Origin: Nitrosopumilus sp.
Lineage (GTDB): Archaea > Thermoproteota > Nitrososphaeria > Nitrososphaerales > Nitrosopumilaceae
Direction of reading: 5' to 3'
Length of the DNA: 64,000 nucleotides
Assembly (NCBI GenBank): GCA_965206745.1
Contig: OZ242220.1
Location: forward strand, 736,001-800,000
Shown here: in pieces, positions 39,112 to 49,125 of the stretch
Numbering within the stretch: position 1 is the stretch's first letter
Layout of the letters: the number at the start of each line of letters is the position of its first letter
The notes under the pieces: generated by a model
What the model was told of the DNA's origin: nothing
The model's input: only the letters and a program-made list of their open reading frames with translations
Database searches by the model: none
Position numbers and translations under genes: made by a program

Positions 39112-40242
39112 GTGATTCTAGTGAATTTTACAAATATTGATTTTGATCAATTGTTTTCGATGGGTGATGACTCAAACCCTCTCATAATGCTAATCTGGAT
39201 TCTTCCAATAATTCTTTTTGTGTTTTATGGACAACAGATCCAGCTATTTGTCACTTCTCGAGAAATCAAAAAAGAAATTAAAAAATTGAATGGTTTTAGA
39301 GATGAATCCAGAACCGAACTAATTGCTTATGTAAAAAATAATCTTAAAGCAAAAAATGATCCTATAAAAAAAATTGATAGGTTCATAGACTATTTCACGA
39401 TAATGCCTGTGGATATGGATCCTAACGGAATTGTTGAGAAAGTGCGCCACACTGTAAGGTCTAGGGAAGACTATACGCGCGAGCATGTAAAGGCCCTCTC
39501 TCCTGAAATGACTGACATTGAGTTATCCAAAGTCCAAACTCTGCTTGAAATTGCTTCTTCTTTGCAAATGATTTACAAGATAGTCAACCACATGTTCCTC
39601 ACTGCCAAGAAACAAAACAACTATCCTCTAATTTTGCCACTGCAAATGATTCTTCCTTTTGTAATGGAGCAGGCAGAAGCGATGAGGGAGGCGATTCCTG
39701 CATTTAGAACATGTCAACCCGTTGGTGATGGCATTGGTCCTATGGTTGTCGGAAAAATGATGTTAAACCATCAAAAAGAGACAATTGCCTTTCAAACATC
39801 TCTTGCAAAAATTGACTTTGAAGACAGGAAGATATTTCTTTTAAAAGCTGAAGGTCCGGGCTCAACTGTGGGGAGGCCTGCTGACGGATTGGAAAGAATT
39901 GTCTCTGAAAATAAAATCGATGTAATAATGATGGTTGATGCTGCGCTGAAGATGGAGGGTGAGGATTCGGCATCAATTGCTCAGGGTTTTGGTGCTGCTA
40001 TCGGCGGTATTGGCACTGAAAGATTTCAAATTGAAGCGATTGCCACTGTCAAAAATATCCCGATATTCTCCATTGTTGTAAAGCAATCTGTCAAGGAGGC
40101 GATAACTTTGATGACTAAAGACATTGCTGATACTGCAGATGATGTTCATACACAAGTCAATGAAATGATTCGTGAAAATTCTGTGCCTGGACAGTCTATA
40201 GTGATTATTGGGGTCGGCAATACTTCTGGAGTTTCACAATGA
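39112..40242 (+). CDS. DUF1512 family protein
   Basis: PVGDGIGP, KAEGPG, VDAALKMEGE, GVGNT motifs. Confidence 0.85.
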   Translation: MILVNFTNIDFDQLFSMGDDSNPLIMLIWILPIILFVFYGQQIQLFVTSREIKKEIKKLNGFRDESRTELIAYVKNNLKAKNDPIKKIDRFIDYFTIMPVDMDPNGIVEKVRHTVRSREDYTREHVKALSPEMTDIELSKVQTLLEIASSLQMIYKIVNHMFLTAKKQNNYPLILPLQMILPFVMEQAEAMREAIPAFRTCQPVGDGIGPMVVGKMMLNHQKETIAFQTSLAKIDFEDRKIFLLKAEGPGSTVGRPADGLERIVSENKIDVIMMVDAALKMEGEDSASIAQGFGAAIGGIGTERFQIEAIATVKNIPIFSIVVKQSVKEAITLMTKDIADTADDVHTQVNEMIRENSVPGQSIVIIGVGNTSGVSQ

Positions 40243-40421
40243 TCTTCTCAAAGAAAAAAATCACCGCCGAGTATACTGTAGAGCAGTGTACAAAATGTGG
40301 TACTTTGATGAAAAGAAAATTCTGTGATGGAGATATTTTATTTTCTGAACTCTCCAAATGTAACTCATGTGATGGGCTAACCCGAATTGAGAAGATATTT
40401 GGCGAAACCATGGAGCACTAG
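40239..40421 (+). CDS. Small zinc-ribbon protein
   Basis: CTKC..RKF..GD..CNSC; ATGA overlap with DUF1512. Confidence 0.75.
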   Translation: MIFSKKKITAEYTVEQCTKCGTLMKRKFCDGDILFSELSKCNSCDGLTRIEKIFGETMEH

Positions 40422-40429
40422 CTCCAAAA

Positions 40430-40543
40430 TCAGTCTGTCCTATATTTCAAGTTACAGGAGGGACAAAACCATGAAGCCGTCTCTCCCTGCTCCTTAAACA
40501 TAAATCCACCGCATTTGGGACACGGGCTTACTTCTTCACTCAT
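40430..40543 (-). CDS. CPxCG zinc-finger microprotein (37 aa)
   Basis: Manual translation MSEEVSPCPKCGGFMFKEQGETASWFCPSCNLKYRTD, 20 nt downstream of map. Confidence 0.65.
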   Translation of the reverse strand: MSEEVSPCPKCGGFMFKEQGETASWFCPSCNLKYRTD

Positions 40544-40563
40544 AAATTCTCATTGCTTTGCCC

Positions 40564-41460
40564 TTATCTTGCTATGGTCGTTACAGTAACTCCGTTTTCG
40601 TTGGGAATGAAGGTGTGTTCTGCCTGTGCGACCCTTTGCTCGTTAACTTCGATCAGCACTGGATATGCTTGAACGGCTTTTTTCTTTACCAGAAAATCTA
40701 ACAGTTCCCTTGCTTGCTTCTCTTCCCATTCTTTTGTAATCCACCGTAATGCAAATGGCAACATGTTGCAGTTGTCCCATATGAAATCCAGCAATCTGTC
40801 TGCCTCCTCGTTCTTTGTCTTCTTTCGTGAATTTATCGCAAAAATATTTTTTATGTTTCCATTTCTGACAAATCCTCCTCCCTGTTCCGTAGTTACAAAT
40901 GGCTCACACGCATAGGCTGAATTTTCTGAGAGTGAAAATCCGCCAATCGACCAAATGTTTGGAATTGACTTTCCTGCGTGAATTGTATATTGATCCAGTG
41001 AATGACCGCTGAGATTTGCAATCGGTTTGAATCCCTTCTTTTTAATGGTCTTCTCAATGGTTCTTCCGATGTCACTTGCTTTGACATCTGTTTTTATCAT
41101 GGACATTGCATTTCCTAAAGCTTCCTCTGCAGCTTGAACCAACCCATCAAACTGGGCATCATAACATACAGTCACAGCTGTATCTGCAATGTACCCGTCA
41201 ATCTGTGCACCAAGATCAATTTTTACCAAATCTGTATCTTTGATTGTGATGGGATCATTTGGCTCTGCAGTATAGTGGGCTGCAATCTCATTAATGCTGG
41301 CATTGACTGGAAATGCGCACTTTGCTCCCCTTTTCTTGATCTCCTCTTCCACCTCTTCACAAATATCAAATACTGTTCTGCCTACCCAGTTTTTTACTCG
41401 TACCATCTCTCTTACTTCAGCTGCAATTTTGCCTGCCTTGACGTACTGTTCTGTCTGCAC
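40564..41460 (-). CDS. map: Methionine aminopeptidase type II
   Basis: AFPVN.SINEIAAHY, DLGAQIDGYIADTA, GHSL..HAG, EPF, QAEHT; GTG start, since the longer ORF overlaps the tRNA. Confidence 0.95.
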   Translation of the reverse strand: MQTEQYVKAGKIAAEVREMVRVKNWVGRTVFDICEEVEEEIKKRGAKCAFPVNASINEIAAHYTAEPNDPITIKDTDLVKIDLGAQIDGYIADTAVTVCYDAQFDGLVQAAEEALGNAMSMIKTDVKASDIGRTIEKTIKKKGFKPIANLSGHSLDQYTIHAGKSIPNIWSIGGFSLSENSAYACEPFVTTEQGGGFVRNGNIKNIFAINSRKKTKNEEADRLLDFIWDNCNMLPFALRWITKEWEEKQARELLDFLVKKKAVQAYPVLIEVNEQRVAQAEHTFIPNENGVTVTTIAR

Positions 41461-41532
41461 GATTTCGATCCTGATTTTACCTTTAAAATCATTACCTGTG
41501 AAGCTTAAATTGGGCAGTTCTTTGGATTTATT

Positions 41533-41609
41533 GGGATTGTGGTCTAGCTTGGTATGATTCTGCGTTTGGGACGCAGAGGTCGGGAATTCAAATTTCCCCA
41601 ATCCCACCA
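41533..41609 (+). tRNA. tRNA-Pro(TGG), CCA encoded
   Basis: Acceptor GGGATTG/CAATCCC, D loop TAGCTTGGTATGA, anticodon arm CTGCG-TTTGGGA-CGCAG, T arm GGGAA-TTCAAAT-TTCCC, ACCA end. Confidence 0.96.
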
Positions 41610-41648
41610 TATCATCTTATTATCGAATTAAACCATACTCTATTGCCG

Positions 41649-41709
41649 AGCAATGATGAAGAGTTAGAGTAATGATTTTAAGGTGATTAAAACCAATTGG
41701 ACCTGAGCT
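41649..41709 (+). ncRNA. C/D-box guide sRNA
   Basis: C box ATGATGA 41653, 12-nt guide, D' ATGA 41672, C' GTGATTA 41683, 13-nt guide, D box CTGA 41703, terminal AGC/GCT stem. Confidence 0.75.
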
Positions 41710-41747
41710 ACGGCATGTTTTTAAGAATTGTCTGTTTTCTTGGTTTA

Positions 41748-41987
41748 TTGAAATTTGAGAGGCGTGATATTATCCTGATCGTGGGTATTTTCCTAATTGT
41801 CCTTGGAATCACCCAATACGTTCCTTTCTATTACTCTGTTCTGATTGGAGTTGCATTTTATTTTGGAATCAAACTCTATGTTGAAAAAAGTCGTAAATCC
41901 ATTGAAAACACCATCGGAGGCGGAATCTGTATGGAATGCGGCTCAACAGTCATTGATAAAAAATGCCCAAAATGTGACTGTTCATAA
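41748..41987 (+). CDS. Small membrane protein with C-terminal zinc ribbon
   Basis: Two TM helices then CMECG..CPKC; TTG start chosen to avoid overlap with the sRNA. Confidence 0.7.
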   Translation: MKFERRDIILIVGIFLIVLGITQYVPFYYSVLIGVAFYFGIKLYVEKSRKSIENTIGGGICMECGSTVIDKKCPKCDCS

Positions 41988-42128
41988 GAATAATTCCTTC
42001 GTATGCCTTAATACTGAAAAATCGAGTCAATTATTGATGGTTTTAAGATATTTGACTTTAACAATTAGCTCAACTTTTCCTCAATCTCCTTCTAAAATCT
42101 GTCTTTTGGTCAATCAAAATAGGAGTCA

Positions 42129-45100
42129 ATGATGAATCGTAATCTACTACTGGCATTTACAATGTTGCTCTTTGCAGGAATTCTGGCTCCTGCGTATGCA
42201 CAAACTACTCACAGTGTAGTAATCAACGAGGTTGACATCAACCCTCCTGGTGATGATTCTGCATCTATTGCCGAATGGGTTGAACTGTACAATCCAACCG
42301 ATTCTAATGTTGATATAAGTGGGTGGAAGATCGCATCAACGACTATTCTTAAAAAAACACTGACCATTCCAGTTGGAACTATCATTGCACCTGAGCAGCT
42401 TTTAACATACTCTTATCAAACTGTCTGGTTTACTGACGCAAATGAATCCGTGGAGCTTTGGGATGCTAATAATATCCTGATTGATAAAACTCCGCCTATC
42501 ACAGATATCAAAAATGATTTTACTACTTGGCAACGACTCTACGATGGATATGATTCTGACAGTGAGGATGATTGGAAATTCGTGACTGCCACCATTGGTT
42601 CATCAAATGGAAAATTAATACAGACAGCGATCGATGAGGAAATCACTGTAACTGTTTCTTCTACAAAACCTTCCTATGTTTTTGGCGAAGTTGCAACAAT
42701 TGAAGGGCGTGTCTCCGAAGAGATTCCCACCGTCCGACCTTACTTTACTCCTATACAAATTTTGATAACCATATCTGGCCCTAATCTTGACACGACAATT
42801 CCTCTGTATCCTGATTTAAATTTGAGCTATCGTACAACTCTTAACCTGAATAAGGTACTCGGAATTGCTGAAGGCGTTTATAATATAACTGTACGTTATG
42901 GAGATGCTACTGCACAAACTAGTTTTTCAGTGGGATCTGAAATTTTTGAACAAGTAATCAAAGTAGAACAACCAATAAGAATTACCTCTGACAAACCACA
43001 ATATATCCCGGGACAAATAGTTTCAATAACTGGATTTGCTACTGAGATAATCCCATTTGTGGGAATGAAGTTCACAGTTACTGATTCTGAGGATAATTTA
43101 GTTACAAATGGCAATCTTTACCCGACTGATGGCCAATTCAAAACTAGTTTTTACATTAGCAATATTGATCCTACCTATGGAACTTACAATATTCTTGCTG
43201 AATATTCTGATAAATCCGCCTCGGCCAGTTTTAAAGTTGTAGAGGATACAAAAGAAGATGTCCCAATCTCTCTTTGGACTGACAAAGTAGCCTACAGCGT
43301 TGGCGATGAGGTCAAAATTACTGGCAGATTAAATGAAGTTTGGACCAGTACTTTGGATTTGGAGATATTGCAGACCAAGCAATCTGCCCTAGGCTTGTCT
43401 TCCGGCGTCAGTGATGCAGGATTTAAAATTCTCGATGGAGTACGGATTACCGGTGATGGTTTTTTCAGTTATGATTTTATAATTCCAAACCATACAAACC
43501 GACTTGGCGATTATAAAATCAATATCTCTAAAGATATTGGCTCTGCTAGCGTGATTATTCATGCAGTTGAAGATCCTGACGATTTTGCTCTCTCCGATGA
43601 TCCGCTTACGCTCTTCTCTGATAAGAAAACCTATGAGATTGGTGAGACGTTGGTTCTAAATGGATTTATCAAAGATCCTTTTGTAAACTCTAGTTATAAA
43701 ACCGGTTCTGTAGTCAACATTGATATCTTGCATGAAGATGGCACTCCGCTAAAAATCGTTGCATTGTCTGCTCAAAACAATGCTAATGATGGAGAATCTT
43801 TTAACTATGACTTTACTGCAGTACCTGAATCGTCTGGCAATTACATGATTGAAATTGATCTGTATACGAATATTTTTTCCACGGGAAATTATATAATAAA
43901 ATCACAGTATTTGGGTCACATTGTAAGGGAGACCTTCACAATTACTGACCCGCTTGATTTGACTGACGGTGCTGTTATTTCACTTGACAAAGAAGTTTAC
44001 GGCTTGGGTGAAACCGTGCATCTTACTGGCATTGTTCCGCCAACTGCTGTTCGGAGTGTTGACATATCCATAACCAAACCTGATGGCACTGTAACAACAT
44101 CTGGCACCTCTATTGATGATCAGCGGTTCTCGTGGTCATGGACTACTCCCCTAACTGAATCATTCCAGTACTCCAACCCTGATTCAGCTGAAAGATCTGT
44201 ATCGAAATCCAATTTTGGAATATACAAAATGTCTGTATCCATAGACAGTCTCACAGAAAATATCTTCTTCAAAGTGTCTGAAGATCCTGAAAATGATTCC
44301 ATATCCACCAATCCTTTGTTTGTCTCAACTGAAAAATCCTTGTACAAAGTAGGTGAAAAGTTAAAGGTGATTGGAAACGTCATTGAACCTAAACAAGATG
44401 GCGATGATTTTGTACAAGCTCCTCCACGCGTAACAATTAAGGTGCTTGATGGATCTTTTCCATACAAACTAATCCACGAGTCCACCGTTTATCCTGCCAC
44501 GGGTGGTAAATTCTCTAGTTCATTTGAACTGCCTGTAACGGTATTCAGTGAAGGGCCTTATACTGTCAAAGCATCATATCTTGGCATTACAGATCGTGCC
44601 TCATTTAGTGTGGCAAATGATTTTAATTTTGGCCTTGATGAGGACATTGCTCTTTTAGTATCCACTGACAAATCCGAATATCATCCTGGCGATGTGGTGA
44701 CAATTAGCGGAAAACCAAACAAGCTAATCTATCTTGAGAAATTTGACATAAGCGTTGGCAAGGCAACTGATTCGGATATCACTTGTGGCTCATTTATCTG
44801 CGGGGATCATGTAGGCCCTGTTATGGTCATCCATCCGAGTTCCTCTGGCGCTTTTACACACGAATTTACCATTCCTGATTTGGCATCTGCAGTAGGAACA
44901 TACAAAGTCACAGTTGATGCAAATTTTGAGAAAAAATCAATTCAATTCACTGTGATTGACAAACCACAAAATTCTAAACAAAATACCATAATTGAAAAAG
45001 TAAACCGAATTTCTGAAAAGACCATCTCTGTTCTGACTGAGACGAAAACTATTGATGGCGTGACTATCTCGCCTAGGGTGCTTACTGGATCTTTGGTTAC

Positions 45101-45416
45101 TCCTAGCAAGGGTGATGAATCAAGTGTCGATCTCAGAGTTTCATCTGTAACTGGAATCTGCATTATTGGTCCTGATGCTGATTGCTTGGTCCGAGAATCC
45201 ACTCGAAAGCAAGGCTTCATCTACGACGTTGTTGATGTTGACGGGACCAGTCTCTATGTGCGATATAGTGGGCCAGATGTGAGGTTGGAAAAATTCAGCA
45301 TATTGCCTGAATCCCCTGTCGCATTCTTGTCTGATACAACCTGGAATGTGGAAGTTGTCAAAGATGATCAGGTCTCAAGATTTTACTATAAAGTGACATA
45401 CAAGACACTAGAGTAA
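42129..45416 (+). CDS. Secreted lamin-tail-domain protein with repeated Ig-like (TDK..Y..G..V.ITG) modules; surface/S-layer-associated
   Basis: Signal peptide; VVINEV..N..EWVELYNPT..VDISGW (LTD); about 7 TDKxxYxxG repeats. Confidence 0.85.
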   Translation: MMNRNLLLAFTMLLFAGILAPAYAQTTHSVVINEVDINPPGDDSASIAEWVELYNPTDSNVDISGWKIASTTILKKTLTIPVGTIIAPEQLLTYSYQTVWFTDANESVELWDANNILIDKTPPITDIKNDFTTWQRLYDGYDSDSEDDWKFVTATIGSSNGKLIQTAIDEEITVTVSSTKPSYVFGEVATIEGRVSEEIPTVRPYFTPIQILITISGPNLDTTIPLYPDLNLSYRTTLNLNKVLGIAEGVYNITVRYGDATAQTSFSVGSEIFEQVIKVEQPIRITSDKPQYIPGQIVSITGFATEIIPFVGMKFTVTDSEDNLVTNGNLYPTDGQFKTSFYISNIDPTYGTYNILAEYSDKSASASFKVVEDTKEDVPISLWTDKVAYSVGDEVKITGRLNEVWTSTLDLEILQTKQSALGLSSGVSDAGFKILDGVRITGDGFFSYDFIIPNHTNRLGDYKINISKDIGSASVIIHAVEDPDDFALSDDPLTLFSDKKTYEIGETLVLNGFIKDPFVNSSYKTGSVVNIDILHEDGTPLKIVALSAQNNANDGESFNYDFTAVPESSGNYMIEIDLYTNIFSTGNYIIKSQYLGHIVRETFTITDPLDLTDGAVISLDKEVYGLGETVHLTGIVPPTAVRSVDISITKPDGTVTTSGTSIDDQRFSWSWTTPLTESFQYSNPDSAERSVSKSNFGIYKMSVSIDSLTENIFFKVSEDPENDSISTNPLFVSTEKSLYKVGEKLKVIGNVIEPKQDGDDFVQAPPRVTIKVLDGSFPYKLIHESTVYPATGGKFSSSFELPVTVFSEGPYTVKASYLGITDRASFSVANDFNFGLDEDIALLVSTDKSEYHPGDVVTISGKPNKLIYLEKFDISVGKATDSDITCGSFICGDHVGPVMVIHPSSSGAFTHEFTIPDLASAVGTYKVTVDANFEKKSIQFTVIDKPQNSKQNTIIEKVNRISEKTISVLTETKTIDGVTISPRVLTGSLVTPSKGDESSVDLRVSSVTGICIIGPDADCLVRESTRKQGFIYDVVDVDGTSLYVRYSGPDVRLEKFSILPESPVAFLSDTTWNVEVVKDDQVSRFYYKVTYKTLE

Positions 45417-45451
45417 ATTCAAAATACTCCGAGTATCCTTTGGTCGTTGGG

Positions 45452-45943
45452 ATGAAATTACAGATTTTGATGTTTTATCAAGATGATCCAAAAAAATGCA
45501 CTGCTGCCAAAATGATAAAGTTCGGTCTTGCTAAAGACATCAAAAAAATCGGTTCTAAAGGGATGGTGCTTGACCCGTTCTCGGAGAAAACATTGCTTCC
45601 AAAGGATGAGTATACAATTCACTCCATTGTTGGGATTGACTGCTCTTGGAATCTTGCAGATCAGGCATTTTCTAAAAATTTTGCCGGCCTCAAAAGAAAA
45701 CTTCCTCCATTGCTTGCAGGTAATCCCGTAAATTATTCAAAATTAGGCAAATTGACAACTGTTGAGGCCATGGCCGCATCTCTATTCATTCTGGGCTCTA
45801 AAGAGCAAGCTTTGGAATTGCTTGACAAATTCAAATGGGGCCACACGTTCTATGAACTTAATCAAAATCTCCTCGAAGAGTACTCAAAGATTGATGATGA
45901 ATCTCAGATAGAATTAATCGTAAAAGACTATGGCCTGGACTGA
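45452..45943 (+). CDS. tsr3: 16S rRNA aminocarboxypropyltransferase (DUF367)
   Basis: DDPKKCTA, IDCSW, RKLPPLLAGNPVNY, KLTTVEA, FKWGHTF.ELN. Confidence 0.93.
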   Translation: MKLQILMFYQDDPKKCTAAKMIKFGLAKDIKKIGSKGMVLDPFSEKTLLPKDEYTIHSIVGIDCSWNLADQAFSKNFAGLKRKLPPLLAGNPVNYSKLGKLTTVEAMAASLFILGSKEQALELLDKFKWGHTFYELNQNLLEEYSKIDDESQIELIVKDYGLD

Positions 45944-48396
45944 CTTCTTTTCTTTAGGTATATTCCAATTCCGATGATTGCAACTATTGGTATTATCCAT
46001 AGCCTATAATCTGCCTGATTCTCAGAAGATTCTGCTCCTTTGTTGCCTGCTACTGGCAAGTCTGTCTTGCCCTCTGTTACGATGTAATCTGTTTGATAAA
46101 AGTCCGGCTTTAGGACCGACTCTGACATTGCAAATATTTTGATGTTGTTTGCCCCTATGCCTAAATTCTCAGAATCCTCTGAAGATATTGTGATGATCGC
46201 TTTGCCATCCTCAACATTCTGTGTGTTTGAAATGATATTTTTGCCTTGATTGTCTGCCAAAAAATATAGTATCGAATCTGAATTCTTCGTTTCAACGACT
46301 ATGACACTCTCTTTGCCTCTCTGTATTGATTTTTTGATATCTATCTTTTCAATTGATGGGAATTTGGTATTTTCAAATTTAGACCACTCTCCTCTCTTAA
46401 ATGGGTAAGAGTCGTCATCAAACGCAGATACTTTGATGGTTCTTGATTCTGGCGAATATGATTCTAAATAAAACGGCCCGTTGCTTATCACTGCATGCTG
46501 TTTGTTCTCAATCCAGTCAATTGAGGACTGATATCGCTTTTGATAATACTCCGAATCCGTATTGTCCTCTTTTAATGATTCGGGAATGTACTTTGCCTCT
46601 TTAAACTCTTTTAAATAATCCCTTACTGTGTTTGCATCATTTGGGATGATGAGTGACAGCCAGTTTACGTTTTTACTTGTAGCGCCAGATCTTGAAAAAG
46701 ACACCTTTCCATCTATTACTGCCCTTCCCATCGCCTCTGTGATCTCCCATGGCATGGTGTTCCACAGTACTGCCCATTCTGCTATCTCGCCTTGATCAAA
46801 ATGCCAATAATCCACATACACCTCAACTGTATCTTCGTCAATTTGGTGCACTCCCTTGATCGTCTGTATGCTTTGGGAAACCCTTGGGGTAAATTCCGTA
46901 TCAAATGTTTTGTCATTTTCATCTGTTTGAGTTCCCCACTCTATGGCGAAATACAGCGAATGCAAGAGATCATTCATATCCATTCTTTGGCCATTATGCC
47001 AATTACTGAATTTAAAATCAAATGTTACCTTGCTAGTTGCCTGTGAACTTGTGCCATTTTCCCACCTTTGTAATGTTGGATTCCAAATTTTTGCATCTTC
47101 ATGGATGTCTATCTTGTTATTTGGACCATCTGTCTCCACCTTCCATGTTGCTCTTACTGGAAATGTCTCACCTGTGAACGGGTGTTTGAACGTTGCAGGA
47201 TCTGAAACTATTTCCCAAATGTGCCTGCTATAGCTGTCTGTAAACCCCATGATCGGGTTCCATGCCCCTTGGTAGATCTGCTTGACCCCTATTACCAGTT
47301 CATCGTTGTTGCTTTTTGCGTTGATTGGTGTAAATCTGCTTGGAATTCCTGCGCCAAAATCATTTACGACACCGCTGATCTTCTCATTTACTACATACTG
47401 ATCTATTTTGCTTGCTAAAAAAATCCTCACTGATTCATCAATCCCTTCAATTACTGCCTGTTGGATTAATTCAGTTCTCTGCTGTGATGTCTCAAAGTCC
47501 CCCGTGTATATTTTTTGAGTCAGGGAATCTAGTTTGTCGTTTTCATAATTCCAGTATGACGGATCATTGAATCCTGGCATGTATGAATACCACGGGGAAT
47601 ACATTTGGCCTAATCCCACCGAATCATATTTTACAAATGCTGAACGACCCCATCCTTCCGTGTACAAGTTCCATTTTACATCTGAAGGGTCTGATCCATA
47701 AATTATCACAAATGCCTTATTCAAGTCACCGAATTCTTTCTTGACTGCAAAACCCGTTCTTTCTAACTCCACAGACAATATCTCGCCGATAGATTTTCTA
47801 ACCGGATCATCACTTCTGATAAAAATTATAATTTCAACTGGTTTTTCATTTATTTGCCATCTATCATTAATTTTGACTGCACCTTTTTCTTCTAGTGCCT
47901 TTGAAATGATCTCATTTGCAAGCACAGGGTTGTATCTGAAATTGTACGTCTCTAACTGCTCTACAACCGTGAGATATTCTGGTTCTGATGGCCCATAGTA
48001 TGAAATAATTGGAGATCCGTATCCCCCCATTAGCTCATTTACGATTAACTTTCTGTCTACCAAATAATTCAAAGCAAATCTGATATCTTTGTTGGAGAAG
48101 GGGTTGAACTTTTCTGTCTCTGCTGGATTTACCAGAATGCTGTAGGTCCCACCTGTGGAGTCAAAGACCTGCAGCCCTTCTCTATCCTGTTTACTTTTTA
48201 ATCTGTCTGGAGGTATTGTGTAATAGTATATGTCAAGATTGCCGTTTTTCACCTCTTCTAATGCTGTGTTTTCATCGAGATATTGGATGAATTTTACTGA
48301 ATCAAAAAACGTATTTTTTTCTGCAAATGATTCATCATACAGTATTGATGCACCTAAAACAGCTAGTATGGCAACTAGCATCCCTCTCATACTCAT
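45928..48396 (-). CDS. ABC transporter substrate-binding protein, family 5 (peptide/nickel)
   Basis: NPFS..DIRFALNYLVDR, WHNG, SNGPFYL; signal peptide and C-terminal TM anchor. Confidence 0.85.
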   Translation of the reverse strand: MSMRGMLVAILAVLGASILYDESFAEKNTFFDSVKFIQYLDENTALEEVKNGNLDIYYYTIPPDRLKSKQDREGLQVFDSTGGTYSILVNPAETEKFNPFSNKDIRFALNYLVDRKLIVNELMGGYGSPIISYYGPSEPEYLTVVEQLETYNFRYNPVLANEIISKALEEKGAVKINDRWQINEKPVEIIIFIRSDDPVRKSIGEILSVELERTGFAVKKEFGDLNKAFVIIYGSDPSDVKWNLYTEGWGRSAFVKYDSVGLGQMYSPWYSYMPGFNDPSYWNYENDKLDSLTQKIYTGDFETSQQRTELIQQAVIEGIDESVRIFLASKIDQYVVNEKISGVVNDFGAGIPSRFTPINAKSNNDELVIGVKQIYQGAWNPIMGFTDSYSRHIWEIVSDPATFKHPFTGETFPVRATWKVETDGPNNKIDIHEDAKIWNPTLQRWENGTSSQATSKVTFDFKFSNWHNGQRMDMNDLLHSLYFAIEWGTQTDENDKTFDTEFTPRVSQSIQTIKGVHQIDEDTVEVYVDYWHFDQGEIAEWAVLWNTMPWEITEAMGRAVIDGKVSFSRSGATSKNVNWLSLIIPNDANTVRDYLKEFKEAKYIPESLKEDNTDSEYYQKRYQSSIDWIENKQHAVISNGPFYLESYSPESRTIKVSAFDDDSYPFKRGEWSKFENTKFPSIEKIDIKKSIQRGKESVIVVETKNSDSILYFLADNQGKNIISNTQNVEDGKAIITISSEDSENLGIGANNIKIFAMSESVLKPDFYQTDYIVTEGKTDLPVAGNKGAESSENQADYRLWIIPIVAIIGIGIYLKKRSQSRP

Positions 48397-48489
48397 TACT
48401 TTAGAGTCATCTACTAAAACCTATATTATAATGCCCTGGCCTTTACATCTCATAAAACCTATATTTTAATCACGGATCACAAATTACAA

Positions 48490-49125
48490 TTGAAAATTCA
48501 TCCTAAAATGGTAATTGGGTTGCAGGGAATAATCCCAGGCGGTGTGTCTGTTGAGGATTTTTCTGCCGTCACCAAGATGAGCCCTGTTGATTCACAAATA
48601 ATTTTGGAAGAATTTGTTAAAAACAATGTTGGCTCAAAGGAGGGGGACTCGTATTACTTTGAGGATGGTGACAAGTTAAAGGTTGCAGTATCTTTACTTG
48701 AAAAAGGCCAGCCTATAGATGAAATCTCAATTGCGTTGGAATGGCGAGATTTTGAGGGTCTGACTGCAGAAATTTTGTCTGAAAAGAATTTTGCTGTAAT
48801 CAAAAACATGATGCTGAAAAAACCCAGAATGGAGATTGATGTAGTTGGGATTAGATTGGGCATTGCAATATTGATTGACTGTAAACATTGGAAACGATAC
48901 AGCTCATCGGCCTTATCAACTGCTGTAAAAAAACAAATAGAGAGGGTGAAACAATACGTGACAAAAACCCCTGGCGCAATTGCCGTGCCTGTCATTGTAA
49001 CACTGTATCAGGACAAAATTGATTTTATTGATAACGTTCCAATAGTTCCAATCTTTCAATTTGATTCATTCATTGATGAATTTTATGGCAACCTTGATCA
49101 GATGAATGTCATAGGAAAAGACTAG
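48490..49125 (+). CDS. Mrr-like PD-(D/E)xK restriction endonuclease domain protein
   Basis: W.DFE.L.AEIL, EIDVVG, IDCKHW. Confidence 0.75.
   Translation: MKIHPKMVIGLQGIIPGGVSVEDFSAVTKMSPVDSQIILEEFVKNNVGSKEGDSYYFEDGDKLKVAVSLLEKGQPIDEISIALEWRDFEGLTAEILSEKNFAVIKNMMLKKPRMEIDVVGIRLGIAILIDCKHWKRYSSSALSTAVKKQIERVKQYVTKTPGAIAVPVIVTLYQDKIDFIDNVPIVPIFQFDSFIDEFYGNLDQMNVIGKD

Noticed and set aside
41461-41610. N-terminal extension of map in the ORF track
   Set aside because: Overlaps tRNA-Pro on the opposite strand; MetAP similarity begins near 41460
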